Part shown: positions 1 through 11,664 of the stretch, one piece after another
Position numbering within the stretch: the first letter of the stretch is position 1
How the letters are laid out: every line of letters begins with the position of its first letter
Origin: Antedon mediterranea
Lineage: Eukaryota > Animalia > Echinodermata
Direction of reading: 5' to 3'
Assembly (NCBI RefSeq): GCF_964355755.1
Contig: NC_092676.1
Span: 7,541,888-7,605,887, forward strand
Length of the DNA: 64,000 nucleotides
Translations under genes and position numbers: made by a program
The notes under the pieces: model-generated
Seen by the model: only the letters and a program-made list of their open reading frames with translations
The model's database searches: none
Told to the model about the DNA's origin: nothing

Positions 1-748
1 TACAGAGAAGCAGCTTTCCAGCTTATTTAGCCTAGCCTAGAGCAATAGGCTAGGTATTAGTAGGCTACCTAATTAGGCCTAGAGGCTCTATGCCTATATA
101 TTATTATTTAATTATTATTAATTTTTATTTTTAATATATTTACAGTATTTATTACAAATAATGTTTATTATGAGGATACCTGGTTATATATACCCTATGC
201 AATGACATAAGGCATATATGCCTACCCTGTATGTAATAATTACAATTATTATAAATAATGAATTTTAACATTTGTTTTTGCTCATCACTGCATATTCAAA
301 TTAGTATGTATGCAACCATAGTAAATTTAATAAGTTAATTTTAATTAATTCTTATTATAATGTTATACTATTACTATTACTATTTTTTAGGTACATATAT
401 AGCGGCAACCCAAAATGGCTAAAACATTTTAAACAGATTTGGACCAATACCTATACCTACCATCTATATAGGTAAGTTTATTTTACTGTTCAAGAACTAG
501 TAAATTTTAAATTGTGTTTACCATGCTATGAATGTGTAACTTTAACAATCAATCACTAACACATGTACAGTACAGCAGTAGTACTATCAATCAATAGTAA
601 TTAGTTAGTAATTGAAATATAGACATACTATAGTATTACTTTTACATATTCATTATCATTAGGCATTGTTAAAAGGAAATCAATACAATGCAATATTCCT
701 TTAACATTTAAAAATGTACAATATTTTATGATCATTAATGTTAATGAA

Positions 749-1025
749 TCATTCTTTGTTGGCTTTCTTGCATTTGTTGGGTTTTATTATTTCATTTTGT
801 ATCATTGGAGATGTGAAAATCAGATGAGTCTAAGTTTGACTCTAATCCACACTGCTGTTTTGTGACGGTTGAGTTTGGCATGTATTAGCTCCCCGCCTTG
901 CTCAGAGACCCCCTTCCATTCTCTCATGAATGCAATAGCATGGTGCTCAAGCATATGTAGCTTAGGCTGTATTACACCTGGTGCAATATGCCTGTATTCT
1001 GCTAAAAATACTTGTATGATATTTT
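749..1025 (-). pseudogene. Transib/RAG1/Chapaev-like transposase catalytic C-terminal exon
   Basis: Manual translation: IIQVFLAEYRHIAPGVIQPKLHMLEHHAIAFMREWKGVSEQGGELIHAKLNR. This has PKxHxxxxH followed by SEQGxExxH, the third (E) catalytic motif. A frameshift follows, then …TSPMIQNEIIKPNKCKKANKE*. Confidence 0.75.
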
Positions 1026-1369
1026 TATGGAATTAAAAAATACTTAATTTACACATTAATACATTTTATAATTTCAGAAATTTTGTGATGAAAAAGTCAA
1101 TCTGTGGTGACTGTAGAATGGACCCAAGATCTGACTATCTTAGACATTTAAATAATAGAAAGTTCTGACAATTTTGTTGAATAGAAATATACAATGTATG
1201 ATGTAATCTTAATTGAAAATTGGCGCTTTTTAAACTATGTATATAAATTAGGATGAGAAAACAGTTATTTGATTATGAGGTATGTTCATTTAATTAAATT
1301 TGTTAGTATAAACTTTCAAAAAGAGTGAAGATATAAAGAAGAAAAGCAGATTATGGAGCAGCTGTATCA

Positions 1370-1706
1370 GACAAAAAACTGTTCCCTTAAACGCCAGTGT
1401 GTTCTTTCACTTGTGAATGTAGTTTTGGCCCAGGTCATAGTTGTTGTTGAAGTGTAGCATGCCAAGCAATTTGGTCCATGCCCTGTTAATTTAAATGTTA
1501 GCGTGGTAGTATACAGTATCCATTGAAAATTCGCGAATGGCAGGTTGTATAAATGTATATAGGTTGTAATTTTACATTTGTTAGATTTAGTGCAAATTTG
1601 TGATGGTTTTCATATTTTTTAAGTTGTATTTTTTATCCTTTTCTTTAAATTTTGTTCCACAACAGAAGCAAGTAGAACGTAAAGCCTTTTCGTGAAACTG
1701 TGTTGC
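1370..1706 (-). pseudogene. RAG1 N-terminal-like (Chapa/CND-type) zinc-binding exon, two frameshifts
   Basis: After the acceptor tttttgtag, manual translation gives ATQFHEKALRSTCFCCGTKFKEK / …NVKLQPIYIYTTCHSRIFNGY / TTTLTFKLTGHGPNCLACY. The spacing matches the RAG1 motifs H..LR..CRICG..F, IHP..FC..C and W.PH...C..C. Confidence 0.7.
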
Positions 1707-2586
1707 CTACAAAAAAGAAAAGAAATTTTAATTTTACCAACCTTTAATGTTATATTATATTTATCATACAGTAGTTTGAGTATTTTTGTATAGGCTTTAA
1801 TTTTAAGGGCCTAGCTAGGCCTGGTAGTTAGTAGTTTTACTAAATTTTTACATTTATGATGAATTATATTCAGTTGAAATAAATACAATGATAATAATTA
1901 AGCTTATTATTTATTCTATTGTAAATTAAAATGATGTATAGTATGATTACACTACTTATACGTACCAACTAGGCCTAGCTACAACCTAGGCCTAGTTGCG
2001 TACAGCCTAGCGAGCGGTTATCAGCCGCGTTCATCGACCTCTCGCCAAATACGCTGTTTCGCATTTAACAAAACAGTCGAGTTTTTACATGAAAATTTCT
2101 TGAGATTTTCACCGTCACCTCCTAACAATTCAATGTCTCATGTAAGCATATATAATCAAACTTTTACCTAGATTTTCCAAGTATTTATGAAAATTACGAA
2201 TAAAAACAAAAAGTGTACAATTTGACAAGCATTTTTTCAAACTTTCCATTGTTTACATTTGCTAGGCCGATCGATGTTAATTTTTAAAACTTCCGGGTGT
2301 AAATAATTTCGTAAACTTGTTGTTATGCTTAATTACTTACTATTTCCAAAAAATCGGTAATTAAGAATCTTATTTTCTAACAAATAGTATAAAAATGGTT
2401 TTATAATATTTATGACGAAATTGATTAAATTAATTTAAAGTGTAGTTATAAAAGTTGCAAATGTCGCGAAAGTTGAACGAGATTCAACCACTCGCGCGGC
2501 GTCACGCTCAGGCACATATCGCCGTCTGACAATATTGAGGGCGCTTGACTTTTTCTATTTATTTTACATTGGTTGAAACAGCTGTG

Positions 2587-3400
2587 GTCCATACGCGTTA
2601 GTTGTCTCAGTGGTTCTAAGATGTCTGACAAAGTTGGTAAGAATCTACTTAAGTAGTTGATGAAACCAATAAACCTCCTAACCTCATTTAAATTCTGTGG
2701 TGTTGGCATGTTTAGTACAGCCTTAATTTTGTTGTCATCTGGCTTTACACCTTGTCTTGTGACCTTGTGACCCAGAAAAGTTATCTGTGGTTCACGGAAT
2801 GTGGACTTATCCTTATTTAACTTAATGTTTAGTTGCTGGCACCGCTCTAGCAATAACTTTAAGTGTTTATCATGGTTTTGAAGTGCAGCTTCATCTGTTT
2901 CACCCTTACCATAAACAATTACCATATCATCGGCCACACACATTATCCCCTCTAGCCCTTCTAAGGCTGTGTGTAATCGGCTTTGAAATAGTTCAGATGA
3001 TGTACATAGGCCAAATGGCAATCGATTCCATTGGAATCTGCCAAATGGAGTATTAAAACAGGTAAGTTCTCTCGATTTGTGATCTAGTTTTATTTTCCAA
3101 AAAGCTTCACTCAGATCCAGTTTCGAGAATATTTTGGCATCATTCAGTTTTGGTAATACATCATCAATAACTGGTAACTGATAGTGAGCTCGTTTTAAGG
3201 CTTTATTTAAGGGTCGGGGGGTCAACACATATTTTTAGTTTGTTGTTGGCTTTAGTAGCGACAACCATCTGACTTACCCATTGTGTGGGGTGGTCGGGTG
3301 CTACTTTTTTTATTACCCCTCTTTGTTCCATTTTAGTTAGTTCGTCTTTTTCTCTTTGTTTAATTGAGTGGGGAATTCTCCTCGCTGGAAGTACCGTACC
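2587..3400 (-). pseudogene. pol: Gypsy reverse transcriptase (frameshift at ~3225; cut at 2587)
   Basis: ORFs 3203-3775 (3' part: WVSQMVVATKANNKLKICVDP) and 2446-3228 (RT core). The last ~47 aa of the 260-aa ORF are read-through into the inserted transposon. Confidence 0.92.
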
Positions 3401-6070
3401 ATTTTCATCAATGTCTATTTGGCTTACTTGGGGGTACCCTTTCTTTGGTTTTGTGGTTTTGGATCTGCAGCATGCAGCAAAATGGTTTGGTTTATCGCAC
3501 TTGTCACATGTGCGTCCCCTCGCAGGGCACTGTTGATGACTTGCATTATAGCCACATTTTCCACATTTCTTCGTCGAGTCTGATTTATGTCCCTTGTAAT
3601 GTGAGGGCGCTGTTTTATTATATCTTTTTGTTTTGTCAGTGTTGATTTTATGCACTTGGCTTTCGCCCTCCATCACCTTTAAACTTTCTTGGGATGTCTC
3701 ATAATTGAGTGCAATGTTAATCGCTTTGTCAAGGGTTAGCTCATCTCCTACGTCAAGACATTTGTGTACCGCCAAACCAAAACCAGGCGTTTGTCGGCAG
3801 CAAGGGATTTCTGTAAAATGCTTCTGAATGTGTAAAACCTATATCTTGACCATTTTTAGTTTTTTAAATAATCTTACAGAAAATTTACCGTAGATTCCAA
3901 AAATCTATGTATTTTAAAGAAATTATAAGTATAAATCAATGAAAATAACATTTTAATGAGACCCCCTTTTTCGTCTTTGGTGAAAAAATCAAGTTCTATT
4001 CTGTAATTTGTGTCTATTTCTAACCAACTTTTACATCTTTGATTATGAGAAGACCCCTTAATGTGTGGTATTTTTAGAAAGCTCGTGAAAAAATCTTTCC
4101 AAAGATAAAGGTTGTAGGTCATGTAAAATAATAGTATAGCCAATCAAACACATTCTTTAATAACCTTTTGGTATAAGCAAACCAGTCTTGTTGCTACGGA
4201 ATCCTGAAACAGGCAATTTGATTGGCTAACAGAGTGGCTAAAGTCATTGAAGCGTTAAATTTGCCTTTAACAGTTATTCAAAGTACACTGAGGAAGCGGT
4301 AAGGTTTTAACAAAACTTTCTTACTGTAAAAAACATTCAATATTAATTCATACTTGCTATTTATGCATCCTAGATAATAATAAAACAACAAAGAATAGTT
4401 TAATGATTTATATAATATGAAAAGTAGAAATATTGGCTTCACTAGCGAATCATAAACAACAAGAGGTTAGAAAGTACGAAATGACTTTCTAGCGCGACAC
4501 ACTCAGTTTGGTGAACACAGAAACACTTTTGATCAAAATATTAGGCCTAGCCTAGGCATAAGATAAGAGATGAACTGTATGCCAGCTTAGTACTTCAAGT
4601 TAGCCTAGTAAAACCACCTAGCATACCTTGGTCTAGGCCTAGCCCAAAAAAAAATGATTTTTAAATGTGTTTAAAAAAGTTTAATTTAATTTTTCATTCT
4701 GTTTTCAGATCTTGATTGGTATACTGTAATGTAATACCAATAGTTTTGACAGTGGTGGTGATGCTGTTGCTACTTTCTCTTCTCAAAGAACTCCAATAAT
4801 GGTGATACGGTGCTTAATATAACTTTACAAAAATGACTTTGATTCTGATGATACATGACACATGTATTCTATTATGCAACGTAACCCTGAATAAAACCGT
4901 GAAATAATTGTGTCGAAAAATATGTATGTATTTAAATGACCCGGCACAAAAGATGATAATACTGTTGTTGTAATACGCAGCCTAAAATGACCAAAATTTT
5001 ATAATTTAAAGTGTACCAATTGTAAATAAATTTAAACACATCAAACACAATCAACTGTCTGTGTATCATTAATTTTGGTTCATTTCTATGTGTTGTATTT
5101 TTATTGTCACTTTATTAATAGTACTTATTTATAGTTATTACAAGCCTCACACATAACATAAGTTTAGTAAAAAAAAGTTTACTAACGTATGTTGTTATTT
5201 GAAGTCTCATTTGACAATGTTATTGTTACTGGATTTCTTTGAAAATTTCAATGATTATAGAAAAATGTATTAGTTACATTTGTGCTAAATTTCAAAGTCA
5301 TAGGTATACTAGAAGTTAGCGTTGTCAAGGTGAACATGAGTCGCTGTCTGCCAGCACATTTAAACTTCCTGTTTGAACTATTGTTTATCTTTGAATGCAT
5401 TTTTCACTGCTTAATAAAAATGAATTCTTACTTGTATTTCTTTACTTATTGTATCATAACTATAAAAATACTTGACCAAATTGAATAATTTTTTCAGTAT
5501 TTTAAAGAAAATTATGTGCTCTGTACAAATATCTTGAAAACTCAAAATGTCACATTTACGACAAATGCCTGGTTTTGATTTGGCTGTACACATTTTTCTC
5601 TCACCTTGTGTTCCTTTGCTTTTACGACGATCGCGTCTCTCAACATTCTATCCTCGTCATCGTACTCACAACGCTTTATCAACACTCTTAGATCGGTTAG
5701 AAATATATTTAAAGACTCACCGTCTCTTTGTGCCCGTCCGTAAAATTCTACGGTCGCTTTGATGACGTTCTTTTTCGGCCTAACATAAAGTTCAAACCTG
5801 TTAAAAACACCTGTTAGTGTATCATTTTCGGCTGGCGTGGCTGGCTGGTCGTCGATCGCCTCGACGGCTGACGCCCAGTCTAGTGTGTCGAAAATTTCTC
5901 GGCCTCGATCCCCGAAGTATGTCATGAAGTAATTTACCTTCTGCAACTCGGTTTTCTCAGATAATGGGCCGTTAAATGTAAATTGACAATGCTGCCTGAA
6001 CCTCTTGAATTTTTTGTACAGGTCTACAGATGCCCAGTCCATCTGGGGCGTCTTTGATTTCGTAGCCATA
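3400..6070 (-). pseudogene. gag: Gypsy gag split by a MITE insertion
   Basis: …DRMLRDAIVVKAKEHKVREKC | LDVGDELTLDKAINIA…CGKCG…H..CPA.G.TCDKC.KPNHFAACCRS rejoins in frame when 3764-5591 and one TSD copy are removed. Confidence 0.88.
3764..5591. mobile_element. Non-autonomous TIR element (Sola1-like), 1828 bp
   Basis: ~33-bp imperfect TIRs GTGTACCGCCAAACCAAAACCAGGCGTTTGTCG / CGACAAATGCCTGGTTTTGATTTGGCTGTACAC. The 4-bp TSD ATTT (3760-3763, 5592-5595) fits the AWWT target reported for Sola1. Confidence 0.75.
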
Positions 6071-6118
6071 ATACTGGAATGTTCGGTAATATAGGCTAGC
6101 AAACACCGCTTGTCACCA

Positions 6119-6247
6119 TGTTGTGTTTCTCTATATTGACTCACGTGTACAGACATACAAGACAGACACGTCTTCACTTGGTAACAGTACTTTATTTAGT
6201 GACTCGTTCATTAACATAGGTCATACAATAGAGGGCTCACTACATCA
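6119..6247 (-). repeat. 5' LTR (~129 bp) with adjacent primer-binding site (6103-6118)
   Basis: On the minus strand it runs TG…CA with an internal AATAAA, immediately followed by TGGTGACAAGCGG (PBS-like) upstream of the gag ATG. Confidence 0.7.
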
Positions 6248-6589
6248 CCTGGTGGACTGATCTGAAGGTTTTCAAGAAGTTCATCGTTGCTCGATTCTTG
6301 GTCGTAACGTATACGTTTTTTGCGGTAGCTGCACATGTTGGCTGAGCACGCTTTCTGGAACGTCTGGTTACACCTCTACTAGTACTTGCTGTAGATATGA
6401 AAAACAGATTTTGTTGAGACGGTGTTTACACAGTTTATAAATACTTGTACTGTTCGAAATGTTATCAGTGTAAACATATATCATTCAACAAAGGCTAATG
6501 AATATATTGTTTGTTTCGATTATAATATTATGCTCTAGAGGTCAAAATAGAGAAAAATGTGAAAACACTAAATTAAGATTTGATGCCAT

Positions 6590-6995
6590 TTACAGTGGAT
6601 ACTTACGTTGATCTTCATCTAACGTACTGGTAGACCTAGCTGGTGAGCTTGCAGCTGAACTAGATTGAGATCGATAAAAGAATGACGGCCACCAGCTGGA
6701 TGAAGCTGGTCGATTTTCAGACTCAAGTGAATAGTGTCCTAGCCGCAGCTTCCTTGCAACCTCAATCATTGTTTGAGAAAACAGCTCGTGCGTGCCACCT
6801 CGTTGACGATATGATGCCACTAATTTCTTAAATGAATCTACTGATTGACTAAACTTGAAGATCTCCTGGTCTGCGAAACCCAATTCATAGTCAAAGAGAT
6901 AAAAAAGATTACATTCCAAAAGTTCTTGTTGGAATTTAGCAATTTGGTTTTTTTCTCTCTTCTTCTAGAGTGGTACATGTTAGGAGAAAGTGCAT
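6590..6995 (-). CDS. Short intronless ORF of unknown function (possibly mobile-element or viral cargo)
   Basis: 109-aa track ORF with the frame open further upstream (…MYHSREERKNQIAKFQQELLECNLF…). No motif recognised. Confidence 0.25.
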
Positions 6996-7019
6996 AATGG
7001 TTTCTTCTTCATTTCTGTT

Positions 7020-7720
7020 GCACAATTTACAACAACCATTAGCATTAGGGTCATTTGACCATTTAGATGTTTTTCTTTCAAGGGGAAGGGTGTTTGAAAT
7101 TTTAACGATACTCCTTCAAAGTCAATTTTATCAAGTAGATACTGTTCAAGTTTTGGTTCATTTTTTATATATATAATGTTCAATTGACGTTTTACATTTA
7201 CCGTCTTCAACCCAATGCGAGAGAGCTAGATTTTTCATAATTATTTTTGTATTGGAAGCCCAGTTGGCATCAAAGTTATCATTACCATTTCGAATATCAG
7301 AAAAAAATATCATGTGTACCACAATTATCAATGATATTTCGAACACACAATGGAATTTTAAATGATAGATCATTAAAGTTCTCTGTCAATTTAACTAGTG
7401 TTTTCAGTAATATCCTAGGCCAACGTTCATCTTCCATCTTTAAAATTCTTTCCATATAATTAATTCTATTTACATTTTGAGTATGTGAGATTTTTGACCA
7501 CCCAAGTTCCCCGAGAGGCCTTAAGGATAAACCTTGCCATTTGTAATTGCAGTCTTTCAATTCTTTCACAATCACTTTTGCTACCAACCCAAATAGTACT
7601 ACCATAATTTATTGATGGGAGTGCAATTGTTCGCCAGAGGATATCACCATAATATACTCTATTAAAATTGTTTAAATTACCAATTATGGCTTTTATATAG
7701 CCGGCCTATGAGTCGGTTAC
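7020..7720 (-). mobile_element. Non-LTR retrotransposon 3' ORF2 remnant
   Basis: LGELGWSKI…RINYMERILKMEDERWPRILL resembles the post-RT region of LINE ORF2. Fragmented over several frames. Confidence 0.55.
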
Positions 7721-7775
7721 ATTTTTGTATAATATATTCTACATGGCTATGGTCATTTGCACCTCTTGATATCAT

Positions 7776-10700
7776 TATAGTTGTTGCAAAACAATATAAT
7801 ATGCGCACATATAGCGATATTATTGCATAAATTGAATTTTAAAAAGTCGATATTTGTACTATAGTAAGGGATTTTTTCAGAAAATGGCAAAATATCTACC
7901 CTATTAATTTTCGACAAAACTGTGTATTATGGCTCTATAAGTTGTTGCAAAACAATATATGCACACATATAGCAATATTATCGCATAATTATTGAATTTT
8001 AAAAAGTCGATATTTTATGCATTTTTCGAAAAAAAATCAGTGTACCAAAGTACATGGATTTTTTCAGAAAATGGCGAAATTTCCACCCTTTTATTTTTCG
8101 ACAAAACTGTGTATTATGGCTCTATAAGTTGTTGCAAAGCAATATATGCGCACATATAGCGATATTATCGCATAATTATTGAATTTTGAAAAGTCGATAT
8201 TTTGGGCATTTTTCGAAAAAATCACTGTACAGGGATTTTTTCAGAAATTGTCAAAAATTTCGACCCTTTTATTTTTCGACAAAACTGTATATTATGGCTC
8301 TATAAGTTGTTGCAAAACATTATATGCGCACATATAGCGATATTATCGCATAATTATTGAATTTTAAAAAGTCGATCTTTTGGGAATTTTTCAGAAAATT
8401 GCAAAATTTCTACCCTTTTATTTTTCGACAAAACTATGTATTATGGCTCTAAAAGTTGTTGCAAAACAATATATGCGCACATATAGCGATATTATTTCAT
8501 AATTATTGAATTTTGAAAAGTCGATATTTTGGGCATTTTTCGAAAAAATCCCAGTACTATATAGTAAAGGATTTTTTCAGAAAATGGCAAAATTTCTACC
8601 CTTTAATTTTTCGACAAAACTGTGTATTATGGCTCTATAAGTTGTTGCAAATCAATATATGTGCACATATAGTGATATTATCGCATAATTATTGAATTTT
8701 AAAAAGTCGATATATTGGTCATTTTTCGTAGTAAGGGATTTTTTCAGAAAATGGCAAAATTTCGACCATTTTAAATTTCGACAAAACTTTGTATTATGGC
8801 TCTATAAGTTGTTGCAAAACAATATATGCGCACATATAGCGATATTATCACATAATTATTGAATTTTAAAAAGTCGATATTTTATGCATTTTTCGAAAAA
8901 AAATCAGTGTACCAAAGTACATGGATTTTTTCAGAAAATGGCGAAATTTCCAGCCTTTTATTTTTCGACAAAACTGTGTATTATGGCTCTATAAGTTGTT
9001 GGAAAGCAATATATGCGCACATATAGCGATACTATCGCATAATTATTGAATTTTGAAAAGTCGATATTTTGGGCATTTTTCGAAAAACAGGGATTTTTTC
9101 AGAAATTTTCAAAAATTTCGACCCTTTTATTTTTCGACAAAGCTGTATATTATGGCTCTATAAGTTGTTGCAAAACATTATTATGCGCACATATAGCGAT
9201 ATTATCGCATAATTATTGAATTTTAAAAAGTCGATCTTTTGGGAATTTTTCAGAAAATTGCAAAATTTCTACCCTTTTATTTTTCGACAAAACTATGTAT
9301 TATGGCTCTAAAAGTTGTTGCAAAACAATATATGCGCACATATAGCGATATTATTTCATAATTATTGAATTTTGAAAAGTCGATATTTTGGGCATTTTTC
9401 GAAAAAATCCCAGTACTATATAGTAAGAGATTTTTTCAGAAAATGGCAAAATTTCTACCCTTTAATTTTTCGACAAAACTTTGTATTATGGCTCTATAAG
9501 TTGTTGCAAATCAATATATGTGCACATATAGTGATATTATCGCATAATTATTGAATTTTAAAAAGTCGATATTTTGGGCATTTTTCGTAGTAAGGGATTT
9601 TTTCAGAAAATGGCAAAATTTCGACCATTTTAAATTTCGACAAAACTTTGTATTATGGCTCTATAAGTTGTTGCAAAACAATATATGCGCACATATAGCG
9701 ATATTATCGCATAATTATTGAATTTTAAAAAGTCGATATTTTATGCATTTTTCGAAAAAAAATCAGTGTACCAAAGTACATGGATTTTTTCAGAAAATGG
9801 CGAAATTTCCAGCCTTATGGCTCTATAAGTTGTTGCAAAACATTATATGCGCACATATAGCATTATTATCGCATAATTATTGAATTTTAAAAAGTCGATC
9901 TTTTGGGAATTTTTCAGAAAATTGCAAAATTTCTACCCTTTTATTTTTCGACAAAACTATGTATTATGGGTCTAAAAGTTGTTGCAAAACAATATATGCG
10001 CACATATAGCGATATTATTGCATAATTATTGAATTTTGAAAAGTCGATATTTTGGGCATTTTTCGAAAAAATCCCAGTACTATATAGTAAGGGATTTTTT
10101 CAGAAAATGGCAAAATTTCTACCCTTTAATTTTTCGACAAAACTGTGTATTATGGCTCTATAAGTTGTTGCAAATCAATATATCTGCACATATAGTGATA
10201 TTATCGCATAATTATTGAATTTTAAAAAGTCGATATTTTGGGCATTTTTCGTAGTAAGGGATTTTTTCAGAAAATGGCAAAATTTCGACCATTTTAAATT
10301 TTGACAAAACTGTGTATTATGGCCCTATAAGTTGTTGCAAAACAATATATGCGCACATATAGCGATATTATCGCATAATTATTGAATTTAAAAAAGTCGA
10401 TATTTTGGGAGTTTTTCGAAAATATCCCCGTACAATAGTGAGGGATTTTTGTCAGAAAATGGCAAAATTTCGACCCTTTTATTTTTCGACAAAAATGTGT
10501 ATTATGGCTCTATAAGTTGTTGCAAAACAATATATACGCACATATCGCGATATTATTGCATAATTTTAAAATTTTATAAAGTAGATATTTTGGGCATTTT
10601 TCGAAAAAATCCCTGTACTAAAGTTCATGGATTTTTTCAGAAAATGACGAAATTTCCACCCTTTTTATTTTTCGACAAAACTGTGTATTATGGCTCTATA

Positions 10701-11440
10701 AGTTGTTGCAAAAACAATATATGCGCACATATAGCGATATTATCGCATAATTATTGAATTTTAAAAAGCCGATATTTTGGGCATTTTTCGAAAAAAATCC
10801 CTGTACTATAGTAAGGGATTTTTTCAGAAAATGGCAAAATTTCGACCATTTTAAATTTCTACAAAACTGTGTATTATGGCTCTATAAGTTGTTGCAAAAA
10901 CAATATATGCGCACATATAGCGATATTATCGCATAATTATTGAATTTTAAAAAGCCGATATTTTGGGCATTTTTCGAAAAAAATCCCCGTACAATAGTGA
11001 GGGATTTTTTTTCAGAAAATGGCAAAATTTCGACCCTTTCATTTTTCGACAAAAATGTGTATTATGGCTCTATAAGTTGTTGCAAAACAATATATACGCA
11101 CATATCGCGATATTATTGCATAATTTTCAAATTTTATAAAGTAGATATTTTGGGCATTTTTCGAAAAAATCCCTGTACTAAAGTACATGGATTTTTTCAG
11201 AAAATGGCGAAATTTCCACCCTTTTAATTTTCGACAAAAATTCCATTTACTATAGTACGGTACAGGGAATATTTTCAGAAAATGGCAAATTTTCGACCCT
11301 TTTATTTTTCGACAAAACTGTGTATTATGGCTCCATAAGTTGTTGCAAAGCAATATATGCGCACATATAGCGATATTATCGCATAATTATTGTATTTTAA
11401 AAAGTTGATATTTTGGGCATTTTTCGAAAAAATCCCTGTA
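7776..11440 (+). repeat. Tandem satellite, ~20-22 monomers of ~150-190 bp, with ~860-bp higher-order repeat
   Basis: Recurrent core TTCGACAAAACTGTGTATTATGGCTCTATAAGTTGTTGCAAAACAATATATGCGCACATATAGCGATATTATCGCATAATT. Near-identical spurious ORFs recur at 8513, 9372 and 10036. Confidence 0.95.
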
Positions 11441-11664
11441 CATATATCATCAACTGGCATGCACAGACGCACATAATATGTTCTGCGCATGCTACCTCAA
11501 TATTATATACATACTTTAAAATGTCGAATGAAAATTATGTTTACATCATAGATTGTGTTTGTTTATAACCTTTGTAACATGGAAAATATATATTTATTAT
11601 AATATGTTAATATGCTATACAAAAACTAATAAAGAGACATATAGAGAAAATGTGCATTCTGTAA

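Larger units (their letters stand above)
1..2586 (-). mobile_element. Decayed RAG1/Transib/Chapaev-related (N-RAG-TP-like) DNA transposon; left end lies outside the window
   Basis: The minus strand carries a RAG1-N-terminal-like Cys/His region and a Transib/RAG1-like catalytic C-terminus (next two features). The element ends at 2586 with 5'-CACAGCTG, exactly where it interrupts the Gypsy RT frame (…LRQLTRMD|HSCFNQ…). Confidence 0.75.
2587..6247 (-). mobile_element. Gypsy/Ty3 LTR retrotransposon, 5' part (LTR, gag, RT), interrupted and internally deleted
   Basis: Gag at 5595-6070 continues at 3400-3763 with CCHC knuckles. RT motifs KLDLSEAFW, FNTPFGRF..RLPFGL and VADDM are present. Short LTR plus PBS at the 5' end. 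Confidence 0.92.

Noticed and set aside
2446-2586. C-terminal 47 aa of the 260-aa RT ORF as a real protein extension
   Set aside because: Read-through into the terminus of the inserted CAC-ended transposon.
7776-11440. CRISPR-like array or repeated 60-100 aa ORFs
   Set aside because: Contiguous satellite monomers with no unique spacers, in a eukaryotic context. The ORFs are by-products of the repeat.
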